Notes: a model not told the origin generated them from the letters alone. 37,948 bases of DNA from a virus (IMGVR_UViG_3300022177_000005:1-37948), one strand, 5' to 3'. Positions 17,116-26,652 are shown, counted from the first letter of the stretch. A program made the numbers and translations.

Positions 17116-18561
17116 CTATACAGGGTCACCGCTGTAGAAGGCGCCGTCTCCGGAAAGCAGGAGATCGCACTGCGGTTTCTTTGTTGTATCCGGGAAGTTC
17201 GCCTCGCCACAGATCTCCCCGCCGAATGGTCCCATGAGGTACGCAGCGGTGCGGACGCCATCGGTGCCGGAGCCTGCCAGCGACACGTAGGTGATCGTCC
17301 CTACGCTCACCATCCCCATCACCTCGAGAGGGAAGACGAACTTCGTCCACGCCCTGTGCCTCAGGTTGTAGACGTAGACGTAGTCAGCCCCGAGCCGCGT
17401 CTTCATCCAGATCTCGCCACGAGACGGCACTGACCACATCCGTGCGTCGATGTCCATATCGTCAACGACCGTCCGGTTGATCTCATATCCAACGGCCCCG
17501 GCACGCATCTCGCCGTACTGGATGACCGTCTGGATGGACGAGAACCCGAAGAAGGTGTCGGGGAAGAAGAGGTCGCCGCCCACCTCGAGGGGACAGTAGG
17601 GATTGGCGTTCCATACGTTTCTGCCGATCTCGTACACCGCCCACTCGGGATAGGATCCTGTGAGACGGTATACAGTGCCGTTATCCTTCCAGACAACAAG
17701 GTCCTTCGAGAGGTTGGCGATCGAGCTGATGCCACCCCCGCTCTTGTACCCCACGTCGATCCAGATGGAGTCCGACTCGATCCACCCGTCCTCGCTCTCC
17801 TGCTTCCAGTTGGACGCATCCCCGACTCCGGAAAACACGAGCCGTGACGGGTATTCCAGGCTGTTCACCAGCGCGCGCCCGTCTCTCTTCGTGACGTAGG
17901 TGCAGTCCGGGGAGTCACCCATCGTCTCGAGGATCCCGCCGTATCTGCAGATCTGGAGCTTGCCTCCGGACGCGATGAGCAGCTCCGGATTGGAATCCCC
18001 CCACATGGCGCCGATCGGTTCCAGGTTGCCTGTCAGATCCCCTACATAATGGATCCGGTAGAGGGTGGGGTCGTAGATGACCTGGAGGTTGCCCCAGGTT
18101 ACGCTGCCTGCGAACTGGTCGCACGTGTGGTCGTAGTAGTCTCCTATCAGCTCGCAGTTCCACACACCGAGCCGCATCCACGTGAAATCGGAGCACCTGA
18201 GATCTCCAAGCGTATAGGCCTTCAGCAGGGACGGGAAGGAGTAGAGCTTGCTGTCGATGGTGCAGAACATCACCCCGTCTATCGGCTGGAGGAACGTGGC
18301 CCGGAAGAGGAGATCCGACGGTGTGTAGCTCACACCGTCGTATCCTGCCGTGGCGTTGAAGAACACCGGATCTCTCGTCTCTATGCCGTTTCCAACCTGG
18401 CTGTACTGCCAGTTCGTTGCCTCGAGAAGCTGGTTCTCCTTCAGCAGCAGCGGCGGGTCGGAGAGGTTCAGCCCGCCGGTGAAGTCCCGTATGGTGGTCG
18501 TACGACTGTTTTGAGTTATAGATCCCGGTACGTGACTATCTCGTGTCAGCACCGCCGCCAC
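17116..18561 (-). CDS. Tail nozzle / DNA stabilisation protein (P22 gp10 / tubular protein B-like), apparently lacking its C-terminal domain
   Basis: DFTGGLN...L.ENQ...ATN, RLVFSGVGDASNW, YNLRHRAWTKF; follows the adaptor genes. Confidence 0.8.
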   Translation of the reverse strand: MAAVLTRDSHVPGSITQNSRTTTIRDFTGGLNLSDPPLLLKENQLLEATNWQYSQVGNGIETRDPVFFNATAGYDGVSYTPSDLLFRATFLQPIDGVMFCTIDSKLYSFPSLLKAYTLGDLRCSDFTWMRLGVWNCELIGDYYDHTCDQFAGSVTWGNLQVIYDPTLYRIHYVGDLTGNLEPIGAMWGDSNPELLIASGGKLQICRYGGILETMGDSPDCTYVTKRDGRALVNSLEYPSRLVFSGVGDASNWKQESEDGWIESDSIWIDVGYKSGGGISSIANLSKDLVVWKDNGTVYRLTGSYPEWAVYEIGRNVWNANPYCPLEVGGDLFFPDTFFGFSSIQTVIQYGEMRAGAVGYEINRTVVDDMDIDARMWSVPSRGEIWMKTRLGADYVYVYNLRHRAWTKFVFPLEVMGMVSVGTITYVSLAGSGTDGVRTAAYLMGPFGGEICGEANFPDTTKKPQCDLLLSGDGAFYSGDPV

Positions 18562-19078
18562 CTCCTCCGGATCCGGACTGAGGAGCTATCCCCATGAACC
18601 CGAGAGGTGTCTGGAATGCGGTCCGGACGTTCGACATGACCATGTGCCCCTGGCGCTCCTGGTTCACGTCCTTGCCGATCCGCATGGCCGCCAGCTCCAC
18701 GGCAACATTCACCACGCTCGCCACGTATGGGGATGGCAGCGGGATCGTGTCCGCCACGTCGTCGATGTTGCTGGGGGCGGAGAAGTACCGCACGTTCCTC
18801 GGAGGCGTCAGCGCGTCCTCGAGGAACACCTTGCCGTTCATGATGTTGCAGAGTTCCCCCGGCATCATACTGTGGAAATCGTCGGGGATGTCCACTCCTG
18901 CAGCCGTGGGGATCGTCACACTCTTCACCGTGTAGGGGTTCATGGCGGCGATCATCTGGTTCGCCACCGTTGTGATCCCCAGGTTCACGTAGTGGATCAG
19001 CTCGTTGTCGGTGAATACCAATGCCTCCACATCATTTGTGCGTGCGCGTATGATATCGAGCGCCTGCTGTACCGTCAT
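18536..19078 (-). CDS. Head-tail adaptor paralogue B
   Basis: MTVQQALDIIRA..D....FTDNELIHYVN, IPDDF. Confidence 0.75.
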   Translation of the reverse strand: MTVQQALDIIRARTNDVEALVFTDNELIHYVNLGITTVANQMIAAMNPYTVKSVTIPTAAGVDIPDDFHSMMPGELCNIMNGKVFLEDALTPPRNVRYFSAPSNIDDVADTIPLPSPYVASVVNVAVELAAMRIGKDVNQERQGHMVMSNVRTAFQTPLGFMGIAPQSGSGGGGGGADTR

Positions 19079-19083
19079 CTATC

Positions 19084-19626
19084 TCACCTGAACGCTTTCC
19101 GGTCCGGGACATAGGGGATGCTCCTTGAGGCAAGCGCCCGAACCATGTTGTATATCGCGTTGTCCGCGCCCATCCGGTCGCCCTTCGCGATGTTCACCGC
19201 GACCAGAACGATCTGCCCTGCCATAGACTCGGGGCAGTCCATATCGGAGGAGATGGCCGCCATGGGTGCCGGGATGTAGTGGTACTCCAGTTCCAGAGAG
19301 TCGGCGGCGGAATAGATCTTCTCCCCCACCACCTTGTAGTACCCGGAAGCCGGGGTCATCTTCGCGTAGTCCGGGAGCACCTCGGTCCCAAGCGCATCCT
19401 CAACCATCACGATGGAGTGGAAGTCCGTGGGGAGATCCCCCTCGCCGTCCGTCAGCGTGATGGTGGTCTGCTTCCTTCCCAGGCTCGACGCATATCCGAT
19501 GAAGGTCTCGAACGACAGGGTCACCGCCAGGTTCAGTGCGGAGAGCAGCGCGTCGTCGGAGTACTTCACCTTCTGCGAGTCGGCAAGGTAGAACCGCATG
19601 TGCATGATCGCTTCCTGTGCCTTCAC
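19084..19626 (-). CDS. Head-tail adaptor paralogue A'
   Basis: KYSDDALLSALN, TITLTDGEGDLPTDF; aligns over its length with 19716-20237. Confidence 0.75.
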   Translation of the reverse strand: MKAQEAIMHMRFYLADSQKVKYSDDALLSALNLAVTLSFETFIGYASSLGRKQTTITLTDGEGDLPTDFHSIVMVEDALGTEVLPDYAKMTPASGYYKVVGEKIYSAADSLELEYHYIPAPMAAISSDMDCPESMAGQIVLVAVNIAKGDRMGADNAIYNMVRALASRSIPYVPDRKAFR

Positions 19627-19698
19627 CTAGATCCCCCCTTCGCTGGTGCGCCACTCGTGATGGGCACGGATGATTTCTATTGCCTGTTCTACCGTCAT
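19627..19698 (-). pseudogene. Chimeric 23-codon recombination scar
   Basis: MTVEQAIEIIRAH-HEWRTSEGGI*: start of an adaptor B homologue fused to the end of a 20237-20524 homologue. Confidence 0.85.
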
Positions 19699-19715
19699 CT
19701 ATCAGTCACGTCCCT

Positions 19716-20237
19716 TCACTGCCAGATAGGCCGGTCCGGGATCCTGGCGTAGGTCCTGCGCTCGGCAGCCTGTTTCGCTGCCAGAAGAGCATGAGAATGA
19801 GCGCCCTGACGGTCCCCTTTCAGGATTGCACCGGCGATATCCGCGACATCGTTGAAAAACATATCCGGAACGTCCAGCGTGTCCCCAAGACTGGAGATTT
19901 TTACGGGGCTTCTGTGATACACCACCGTCACTTCGTCGAGGTCGCTCATCACCGTTTCCCCTTCCAGGTCCCACGAATCGCCCTTAAAAAGTTCATTCCC
20001 CGAACTGTCCTCCACACGTACAAGCGTCCGAAAATCGTCGGGCAGATTACCCTCGCCGTCGGTGATGGTGATCGTGTCCCGTTTCTTGGTTACGCTGCTG
20101 AAGGCGAGCGCCAGGGCATCGAATAATTCCGAGGCCGCGTAATTTACAGCGTACACAATCATATCGTCGCCGATGTTCAGCTTCTGGGCGTCTCCGCCCA
20201 TCATCCGGATGAAGGCCGCCAGTTCCCTGGTGTTCAT
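19716..20237 (-). CDS. Head-tail adaptor paralogue A
   Basis: ATG at 20237 coupled by TGATG; TITITDGEGNLPDDF; ends IPDRPIWQ. Confidence 0.75.
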   Translation of the reverse strand: MNTRELAAFIRMMGGDAQKLNIGDDMIVYAVNYAASELFDALALAFSSVTKKRDTITITDGEGNLPDDFRTLVRVEDSSGNELFKGDSWDLEGETVMSDLDEVTVVYHRSPVKISSLGDTLDVPDMFFNDVADIAGAILKGDRQGAHSHALLAAKQAAERRTYARIPDRPIWQ

Positions 20238-20524
20238 CACACACCACCCTCGCTCGTCCGCCACTCAGGAAATTTCCAGAGCAGCCGTCTTAAGCTCTTC
20301 TTGTCACGGTAGCCAGACGCGGCGAAATCCAGGGCGTCCTTGTCGCCCTGGAGCATTACCGCAGTGAATCGCTCCGAATCGATAGCCGCGATCCTGCGCA
20401 TCCCCCGGTCTTTCGTGAATCCCTTTCCCTGGCGGCGGAGGAGCGATGCTGCCTGCAGCACCTCGTCATCATGGACTTTCCCCCGCAACACCACCAGGTT
20501 CCCTTCCTGCTCGACATAATTCAT
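20237..20524 (-). CDS. Small conserved post-capsid virion protein
   Basis: Likely start MNYVEQ with RBS GGAGG; MRRIAAID...EWRTSEGGV. Confidence 0.7.
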   Translation of the reverse strand: MNYVEQEGNLVVLRGKVHDDEVLQAASLLRRQGKGFTKDRGMRRIAAIDSERFTAVMLQGDKDALDFAASGYRDKKSLRRLLWKFPEWRTSEGGV

Positions 20525-20540
20525 TCCCTGTCCTCCCGGT

Positions 20541-20567
20541 ACGGACCGGGGGGCCACCCCGGTCCGT
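20541..20567. terminator. GC-rich hairpin after the capsid gene (attenuator or mRNA stabiliser)
   Basis: ACGGACCGGGG-GGCCA-CCCCGGTCCGT, 11-bp stem, no U tract. Confidence 0.6.
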
Positions 20568-20576
20568 CATAGGTCA

Positions 20577-21482
20577 TTATTCTCCCGAAACCAGCGTCAG
20601 GTCGGTGATGATCGCGTTGCCCTTCTCCGCCCGAGCCTCCAGGGTAACTTCCCCCTCGATGATCTTCGAGATGAAGCTCCCCGTCTTCGGCAGATCGTAG
20701 GTCCGGGGCTTCCTCAGGTAGGCCTTCTTCCAGAGATCAGGCTCGATGAGGTACACGTCCGTGTCGGGCATCTGCCGGTGCGGGATCAGGGAGATCACGC
20801 CGAAGCTCGACTCGTAGATCTCGATGGCGTTGATGAGCTTCTTCGCACCTGCCTCGATATACCGGTCCCCTCCGGCGGTCCAGGCCGCCGCGAGGCGCTT
20901 CTGCCCGCCGCTCATGAACATCAGCGTCGGATTCCCGCCTTCGTCCCAGCATGCCTGCAGCGCGTCGTCGATGGCTGTCTGCTCCAGCACCCTGGGCGTG
21001 CCGCCCACGCCGGGAAGGTTGTCCATCACGTTGGTGGTCACGAAGGCAGGGATCCCCCCAAGCTTCCCTGCCGTATCCGTCGCGTTGTTTGCGACCTTCG
21101 CCGCGTTGAAGAGGAAGGCGTACTCCTCGTCCATGGCATATTCCTTCAGCGCCTTCGCCATGTTGTGGGCGATCTCGCTCTTGATCCCCGCCTTCATGAC
21201 GCGCTCCTGGGTGTCGGTCACCTTGTATCCTCTGCGCATGATCTGGGTATAGTTCCCAAGGCGCACCCTGGGGGAAGCATCGTCCACGCTGAAGGTGCTG
21301 CCCTCGATCACGGCGTTCTCCTTCGGCGCGGACAGAGAGTCCTCGATCCATTCGTGGTTCGTCGCGTCGGCGGAGGTCGTGCCGATCTTGCTCATGAAGG
21401 GCGTCGCCTTCGGTGAAATGTTGGTGATGATGTCGCTCAGGTCCTCGCGGTTTCCTACTGCGCTGTAAGTGTTCACTCCCAT
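20577..21482 (-). CDS. Major capsid protein (DUF5309 / SU10-like)
   Basis: GNREDLSDIITNISP..TPF, HEWIEDSL, NYTQI, IEGEVTLEARAEK. Confidence 0.92.
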   Translation of the reverse strand: MGVNTYSAVGNREDLSDIITNISPKATPFMSKIGTTSADATNHEWIEDSLSAPKENAVIEGSTFSVDDASPRVRLGNYTQIMRRGYKVTDTQERVMKAGIKSEIAHNMAKALKEYAMDEEYAFLFNAAKVANNATDTAGKLGGIPAFVTTNVMDNLPGVGGTPRVLEQTAIDDALQACWDEGGNPTLMFMSGGQKRLAAAWTAGGDRYIEAGAKKLINAIEIYESSFGVISLIPHRQMPDTDVYLIEPDLWKKAYLRKPRTYDLPKTGSFISKIIEGEVTLEARAEKGNAIITDLTLVSGE

Positions 21483-21494
21483 AATTGTTCCTCC

Positions 21495-22502
21495 TTAGAC
21501 TAACCGGTTCTTCACCAGCCATTCCGCCTGTTCGTCGGAGGTCATCTCACCGAGAGACCTCGCGGTGCCGCTGCCCTGGCGCGGGGATCCCACAAGAGAT
21601 GTCCCTCTCGCAGACTCGACGGCCGGTATCGTATCCCTGGGCTTTCCGCCCTTCTCATTCCGCCATTCGGAGATCACCTCGTCGATCACCTTCTTGATCT
21701 CTGGGATCGACCCCTTCTTGAAGACGCCGATGATCTCGTTGTACTTCCGGTACGGCTTCGACTCCATCCACTGCGGGAAGTAGCGGTTCGCGATGTCGTC
21801 GAACTCCGGTACCGTCTCCCTGTATTGCGCGCACATGGTCGAAAAATCGCTCACCTGCCGCGCTATGAGCTGTTCCTGGTCGGCCTTCCTGGATGCCTCA
21901 ATCTCAAGACGCCTCATGGCCGTCTGCAAAGCCGTGGAATGCTCGATGTTGAACTCGTCGAAGTCCTCCGGCTCGATACCCAGGAACTGGGTGCATGCCA
22001 GTTTCTTCGCGGCCTCCACGATCACCTTGAATCCTTCGGCCTGCTGCAGCGTTTCGGGCTGCCGTTCTCCTGGCGCTTCTTCCGCAGGTTCGGCCTGTCC
22101 CTTCGCCTTCGCCGCCTCGAGGATCCTCCGTTCGTCGGCCAGCTGCTGGGTCTTCCGCGTGTAATCGCCCTGGAGGCTCTTGTAGTAGGGCAGCAGCTCA
22201 GGAGGCAGCCGCTTCGGGTCCAGCTTGTCCAGTCCGATCTCCCGGATCTCCTCCGGAGTGTACTGGGGCTGGCCTTCAGGCTCTTCCGTGCCCGTCTCCT
22301 CCGGAACGTCTTCCGGTGTGCCGGGCTTCTCCTGCGCCGCTTCGGAGGGTTCTTTTCCTTCCTCTTCCCGGGAGTCCGTTTCCGGCTGCTCCCCGGCGTC
22401 CCCTGTCTCTTCCATGTCGTAAGCCTCTCCGTCGATTACAAGTTTTCCGTCGGGAGTCAGTCCGAACTCCGGACCGGTGTTCCCTCTCGTCTCGTCTGTC
22501 AT
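21495..22502 (-). CDS. Capsid scaffolding protein
   Basis: Acidic N-terminus and LQGDYTRKTQQLA motif; directly upstream of the capsid gene. Confidence 0.85.
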   Translation of the reverse strand: MTDETRGNTGPEFGLTPDGKLVIDGEAYDMEETGDAGEQPETDSREEEGKEPSEAAQEKPGTPEDVPEETGTEEPEGQPQYTPEEIREIGLDKLDPKRLPPELLPYYKSLQGDYTRKTQQLADERRILEAAKAKGQAEPAEEAPGERQPETLQQAEGFKVIVEAAKKLACTQFLGIEPEDFDEFNIEHSTALQTAMRRLEIEASRKADQEQLIARQVSDFSTMCAQYRETVPEFDDIANRYFPQWMESKPYRKYNEIIGVFKKGSIPEIKKVIDEVISEWRNEKGGKPRDTIPAVESARGTSLVGSPRQGSGTARSLGEMTSDEQAEWLVKNRLV

Positions 22503-22570
22503 GTGCTGCTCCTCTCTGCGGAACCTTGGCCGTCCAGGCTGGCCCGCTTCGTTTTTTTATGCAGGGTGGA

Positions 22571-22798
22571 CTACTCCTTGCCCTGCTGTTCAGCCAGGGT
22601 GTTCCTGGCAATATGCCCCTTCATGGCGGCCACGAAATCAGACCGCACTTTCAGCTCACATCGGAGCGCCCACGCCTCCTCCGGAGAGGAGAGCGACCGC
22701 AACCGGATCAATGCCTTGCGCTCCTCCTCCTCCAGGTACTCCCGCAGGCATTCCAGCGTTATCCGGCATCGCTCCGCCTCCCATTTCAAGTCCGCCAT
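22571..22798 (-). CDS. Small helical protein between portal and scaffold
   Basis: 75 aa, RBS GGAGGG; overlaps the portal 3' end by 143 nt. Confidence 0.55.
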   Translation of the reverse strand: MADLKWEAERCRITLECLREYLEEEERKALIRLRSLSSPEEAWALRCELKVRSDFVAAMKGHIARNTLAEQQGKE

Positions 22799-24584
22799 TC
22801 CCCATCCCTCCCGGATCCATGACAGGCGCTGGAGCAGGCATGACCAGGTACTCGTCGCCGTCCTCCAGGCCGTTCAGCTTCAGCAGCCGCCGCCCCGCCC
22901 GCACGAACTGCTCGGGTCCCGCTAGGCCCCGAGCCTCCGCCGCAGGGTACATCTCCCGCAGGTATCCCGTCAGCGCCTGGTTCTTCGCAGCACGGTCCGC
23001 GATCCCCGTCGTTCCGTTCACGCTCAGATCGAAATCCCCCCGGATATCGTCCGGGGTGATCTCCAGGTATTCCTTCGAAAGCCGAAAGTGCGTCGGCTGG
23101 TCCATGTACCGCTGGTTCAGCTGGATCTCGAAGCGGATCAGGTCGGACACGCCCGTCTCTGCGAAGTTCATGATGATCTCGTCCTGGCGCTGCTGCGACG
23201 CGGACATGATCATGGATATCCCGCTTGCGGTCTTGTTGAGCGTGTTTGCGTCCGTCCCCTGGTTGTACCGGGTCATGGGCGTCCACTGCTCCAGGTTCCC
23301 CCGGAACAGTTCGTACAGGTTGAATGTCTGTGGGTTGATCCCGCTCGTCGGCATGGGGAGGAACCATCCGGAGGCGTCGCCGGAAGCCCGGATGTACATG
23401 CTGTCGCTCACCAGGTCCTCGATGTTCACGAAATCGGTGTTCACGATCCCCCTGGACTCGTTCGAATTCGCCAGGCTGACCACCATCTGCCGGTAGAAGG
23501 CGGTGTTCGCGTCCTGAGTGTCTCCCACGATCTCCGCTAGGCCGATGTCGCTCCACACCTTGTTGTCGTCCTCAAAGGGAACCAGGCCGAAGAACGCCGT
23601 CCGGCCGTAGGGGTTCTCCACCACCCGCAGCAGCTTCTCACCGCATATGGTCACGATCACGTCCTCAAGCTCCCCGTCGCCGTCGATATCGTATTTCGTG
23701 AAGCACTCGTTCAACGTGAACCGGCGCTTCGGAGACCGTTCCCCTTCCATCCTGCCCGCGCTGTCCTCCGCCGCCTCGTCGATCAGGATCTCGAGGTTCG
23801 TCGGCTGCCACGACTCCGTCGCGGACTCCGCCATCTCCTCGATCATCTTCTTCTCGTAGATCCCCTTTTTCGCCTCCCGTCTCAGGTGATCCAGGGTCAC
23901 TACCTTCCGGTGAGACTGCAGCGTGCATTCCTCCAGAACGCGGCCGTCTGGCGTGAACCGGAAGTCGCAGGGGCGCAGCGTCTCGATCACCGGGTGGTTC
24001 TTCAGCAGCTTCGTCTCCTTCCACTTCACGTCCCACGATTCGAAGGTCACATAGGGGCCGGGCGTCACGGACAGAATCGTCACTTCAGGCTGATTCTGCA
24101 GCATGGCAAGCTGATCCGTGGACAGCACCTCGTCCCGGATCTGCTCCTCCTCGTCCCGGTGCCACCAGCACTTCAGTATGCCCAGGTTCGTGATCAGGGC
24201 GTTCCGGAACCATCCCTTGAAGATCCGGTATCCCTTGTTCTTCACCGTGTTCTGCCACTGCAGCCACTTCTCGAACAGCTCGGCGCGTGCCACGTCCTCG
24301 GGCCCCATGCCGTTCACCGACAGGATGGTGTCCGATCCGAAGAACGCCTTCATCATGGAGGGGATCAGCCACTCGATAACGCTCCACATATCGAAGCTCC
24401 TGAGCTGGTTCTTCGTGGAAAGCTTCGGATAGAGCCTCCGGTAGCGTTCCTTCGACGACTTGTAGATCTCGTACCGCTCGATCAGGAGCGGCTCCACAGT
24501 GTCCGTGTAATAGCTGTCCGCCCATTCCAGGTCCTTCTTCACAGCCTGGAGGAGCTTCTCGCTGTCGTACCCTTTCCCCATCAC
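22656..24584 (-). CDS. Portal protein (P22/SU10-like)
   Basis: 642 aa downstream of terL; TRYNQG.D...LNKTASGI; Gly/Pro-rich tail. Confidence 0.9.
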   Translation of the reverse strand: MMGKGYDSEKLLQAVKKDLEWADSYYTDTVEPLLIERYEIYKSSKERYRRLYPKLSTKNQLRSFDMWSVIEWLIPSMMKAFFGSDTILSVNGMGPEDVARAELFEKWLQWQNTVKNKGYRIFKGWFRNALITNLGILKCWWHRDEEEQIRDEVLSTDQLAMLQNQPEVTILSVTPGPYVTFESWDVKWKETKLLKNHPVIETLRPCDFRFTPDGRVLEECTLQSHRKVVTLDHLRREAKKGIYEKKMIEEMAESATESWQPTNLEILIDEAAEDSAGRMEGERSPKRRFTLNECFTKYDIDGDGELEDVIVTICGEKLLRVVENPYGRTAFFGLVPFEDDNKVWSDIGLAEIVGDTQDANTAFYRQMVVSLANSNESRGIVNTDFVNIEDLVSDSMYIRASGDASGWFLPMPTSGINPQTFNLYELFRGNLEQWTPMTRYNQGTDANTLNKTASGISMIMSASQQRQDEIIMNFAETGVSDLIRFEIQLNQRYMDQPTHFRLSKEYLEITPDDIRGDFDLSVNGTTGIADRAAKNQALTGYLREMYPAAEARGLAGPEQFVRAGRRLLKLNGLEDGDEYLVMPAPAPVMDPGGMGNGGLEMGGGAMPDNAGMPAGVPGGGGAQGIDPVAVALLSGGGVGAPM

Positions 24585-26011
24585 ATCACCCCCGCCTTCG
24601 GCATTTTTCGGTTTGATCCCTGCTTTCTCGGCGGGATCATGATCTGCGGTGCGTAGGCCAGCGTATCCGCCAGGTCGTCATGGATCACCATGGGAAACGC
24701 CAGCAGCTGCTTCTCGAGCTTCGTCACCCATTCCATTCCGCCGTAGGGGAACCAGACGCTCCCGCAGGCGAAGCGCGGCCTCAGTGCGTCGATCCGCAGC
24801 TCCTTCTTCCCCGACGCCTGGAGGAGGTCCACCCGGAAAAAGATGTTCCGCTTCGGCATCTCCCGCTCCAGAAACGGCTTCATGGCCCGCTGCCAGCCCA
24901 CGTTCTCTATCCCCACGGATACGGGCTTCCACTGGGAGACCATCCGGAAGATCGCGTCCATGTGTTCCGTCGGCGCTCCCTGCTGGAACCAGCAGTCCAG
25001 AACGAAGATATGGTTGTCGCCGTTCACCGCCACCGCCATGCACACGCTGTCGTCCGCGCTGTTCGCCTCGCTCGACGCCAGGTCGTTCAGCAGATAGACC
25101 GCCTTGTCGTCAAGACGGAATCCCACCGGGTCGTAATAGCGGAACATGTCCTTCCTGAACCTCTGGCTTTCAGGAGACAGGTTCCGGCACATCCGCTCCC
25201 GGAACCACACGTCCCGGAATCCAAGTGAGCTGAACTTCTCCCGTTCGTCGATCAGGAATTCAGTCGAAAACATCTCCGGCCAGTTCGACGTGTCATTCTC
25301 ATCCAGGGCGGGGATCCGGTGCGTCTCGAATTCCATGGCCTCCGCGCCTTCGGGGGACATGATCCGCTCCAGAATGCACCGCTCCCCCAGATTGTTCCCG
25401 ATCAAAAAAATCCGGGCGTCCTTGCCCAGGAACTTCACGTCAGACAGGAACCATTTCCAGTCCCGCTCGGAGATCTTCTCGGACGTGGCGTCGGCCTCGT
25501 CCTGGGGGTCGTCGATGAGGATCAGGTCCGGCCGCTTCGCTCCCCACTTCAGGCCGCGAATGGTGGTCCCCTTGCCGAAGGCCATGATCCGCACGGCCTG
25601 CCCGTTCCGGTACCGCACCTCGAAGGCCTTGCCGGAATCCTCAAGGATCGTCTCCACTTCGCTGCACAGCTCCGGCCGGGTCAGAAACTCCTTTGTGGAG
25701 TCCTTCATACGGTCGGAGGCAAGCCCCTGGGAGGCGCAGATCAGCACGATGAACGACCGCTTCTCCTCGGGGAACGTAAGCGCGTGGATCAAATTCGCAC
25801 GGAAAACGATCTCGCTCTTCCCAGATTCGCGGAATCCCTCGCAGGCGTAATGGCGCGTCCCGTGCAGGATCCGATCGGACCATTCCGTATGGAACCAGGG
25901 CGACGGGCTGTCGTCGCCGCCTGACAGGAACGCCCGTCGGAAGGCCACGAAGGAATTCCGACCGGCCGCGAATTTCGCAGCCAGCTCGATTATTCCGTTA
26001 GGGGCAGACAT
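24581..26011 (-). CDS. terL: Terminase large subunit
   Basis: FRESGKS Walker A, RPDLILIDD Walker B, nuclease motifs NDLA and HDDLADTLAY. Confidence 0.93.
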   Translation of the reverse strand: MSAPNGIIELAAKFAAGRNSFVAFRRAFLSGGDDSPSPWFHTEWSDRILHGTRHYACEGFRESGKSEIVFRANLIHALTFPEEKRSFIVLICASQGLASDRMKDSTKEFLTRPELCSEVETILEDSGKAFEVRYRNGQAVRIMAFGKGTTIRGLKWGAKRPDLILIDDPQDEADATSEKISERDWKWFLSDVKFLGKDARIFLIGNNLGERCILERIMSPEGAEAMEFETHRIPALDENDTSNWPEMFSTEFLIDEREKFSSLGFRDVWFRERMCRNLSPESQRFRKDMFRYYDPVGFRLDDKAVYLLNDLASSEANSADDSVCMAVAVNGDNHIFVLDCWFQQGAPTEHMDAIFRMVSQWKPVSVGIENVGWQRAMKPFLEREMPKRNIFFRVDLLQASGKKELRIDALRPRFACGSVWFPYGGMEWVTKLEKQLLAFPMVIHDDLADTLAYAPQIMIPPRKQGSNRKMPKAGVM

Positions 26012-26571
26012 TCCTGTCCGTCCTTCCTGGAGGCGATCACCGCGTCGGCGAGCTGCCGGGCGGCCGCGATAGCTTCAGGGGTCACCACGTCGAGCTCCAT
26101 CGATCCGGAGATCTCCACGCCGCTTTTCGCAATGCCCAGGATATCGGAGAGTTTCGACAGGGCGGACATCTTGTCGGGCAGCCGGATCTCCAGGCCGTCT
26201 TCGGTCTTTCGGATCACCAGGCTGCCGTTTATAGTTTTGTTCGGTGTGCTGCGGATAGCTTCCAGAAGGGCGTCCCCCAGAGGGAGAACCATCTGGGGGT
26301 CGTGGGGAAGTGAGTCCAGGAGCTGCTGCGGTGTGGCAAACGCCATGCTCTTCAGTTCGGCGATGATCTGTTCGGGCGAGACCTCGGAACTCTCGCGCCA
26401 TTCGGCTTCGAGCTCAGAAATGCGGTTTTGCACGTCACTTTTTTTCCGAAGCTCGTAAGCCGTTCTGCCAGCACGGTTCGGCACGTATCCGGCCTCCAAT
26501 GCGGCGCGGGTTCCGTTGCGCAAACGTACAAAATGGCGGCAAAACGCTTCCTCTTTCGGCTGCAGTGACAT
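25990..26571 (-). CDS. terS: Terminase small subunit
   Basis: FCRHFV..RNGTRAALEAGY, IIAELKSMAF, DKMSALSKL. Confidence 0.9.
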   Translation of the reverse strand: MSLQPKEEAFCRHFVRLRNGTRAALEAGYVPNRAGRTAYELRKKSDVQNRISELEAEWRESSEVSPEQIIAELKSMAFATPQQLLDSLPHDPQMVLPLGDALLEAIRSTPNKTINGSLVIRKTEDGLEIRLPDKMSALSKLSDILGIAKSGVEISGSMELDVVTPEAIAAARQLADAVIASRKDGQECLPLTE

Positions 26572-26627
26572 GCAATCCCCTCCTGGATGGTTCTGATTGA
26601 ACCACGGGAGGGGATTGTTGGTAAGTA

Positions 26628-26652
26628 CCGAAAAGGTGTCCGAAATGTGCCC
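26628..26652. promoter_or_regulatory. Imperfect direct repeat upstream of terS (candidate late-activator site)
   Basis: CCGAAAAGGTGT-CCGAAATGTGCC between the RinA-like gene and terS. Confidence 0.35.

Noticed and set aside
17104-17118. Stop readthrough joining the nozzle to the propeller gene
   Set aside because: After the TAG the frame meets TAA within three codons; the next ATG is in another frame and has its own RBS
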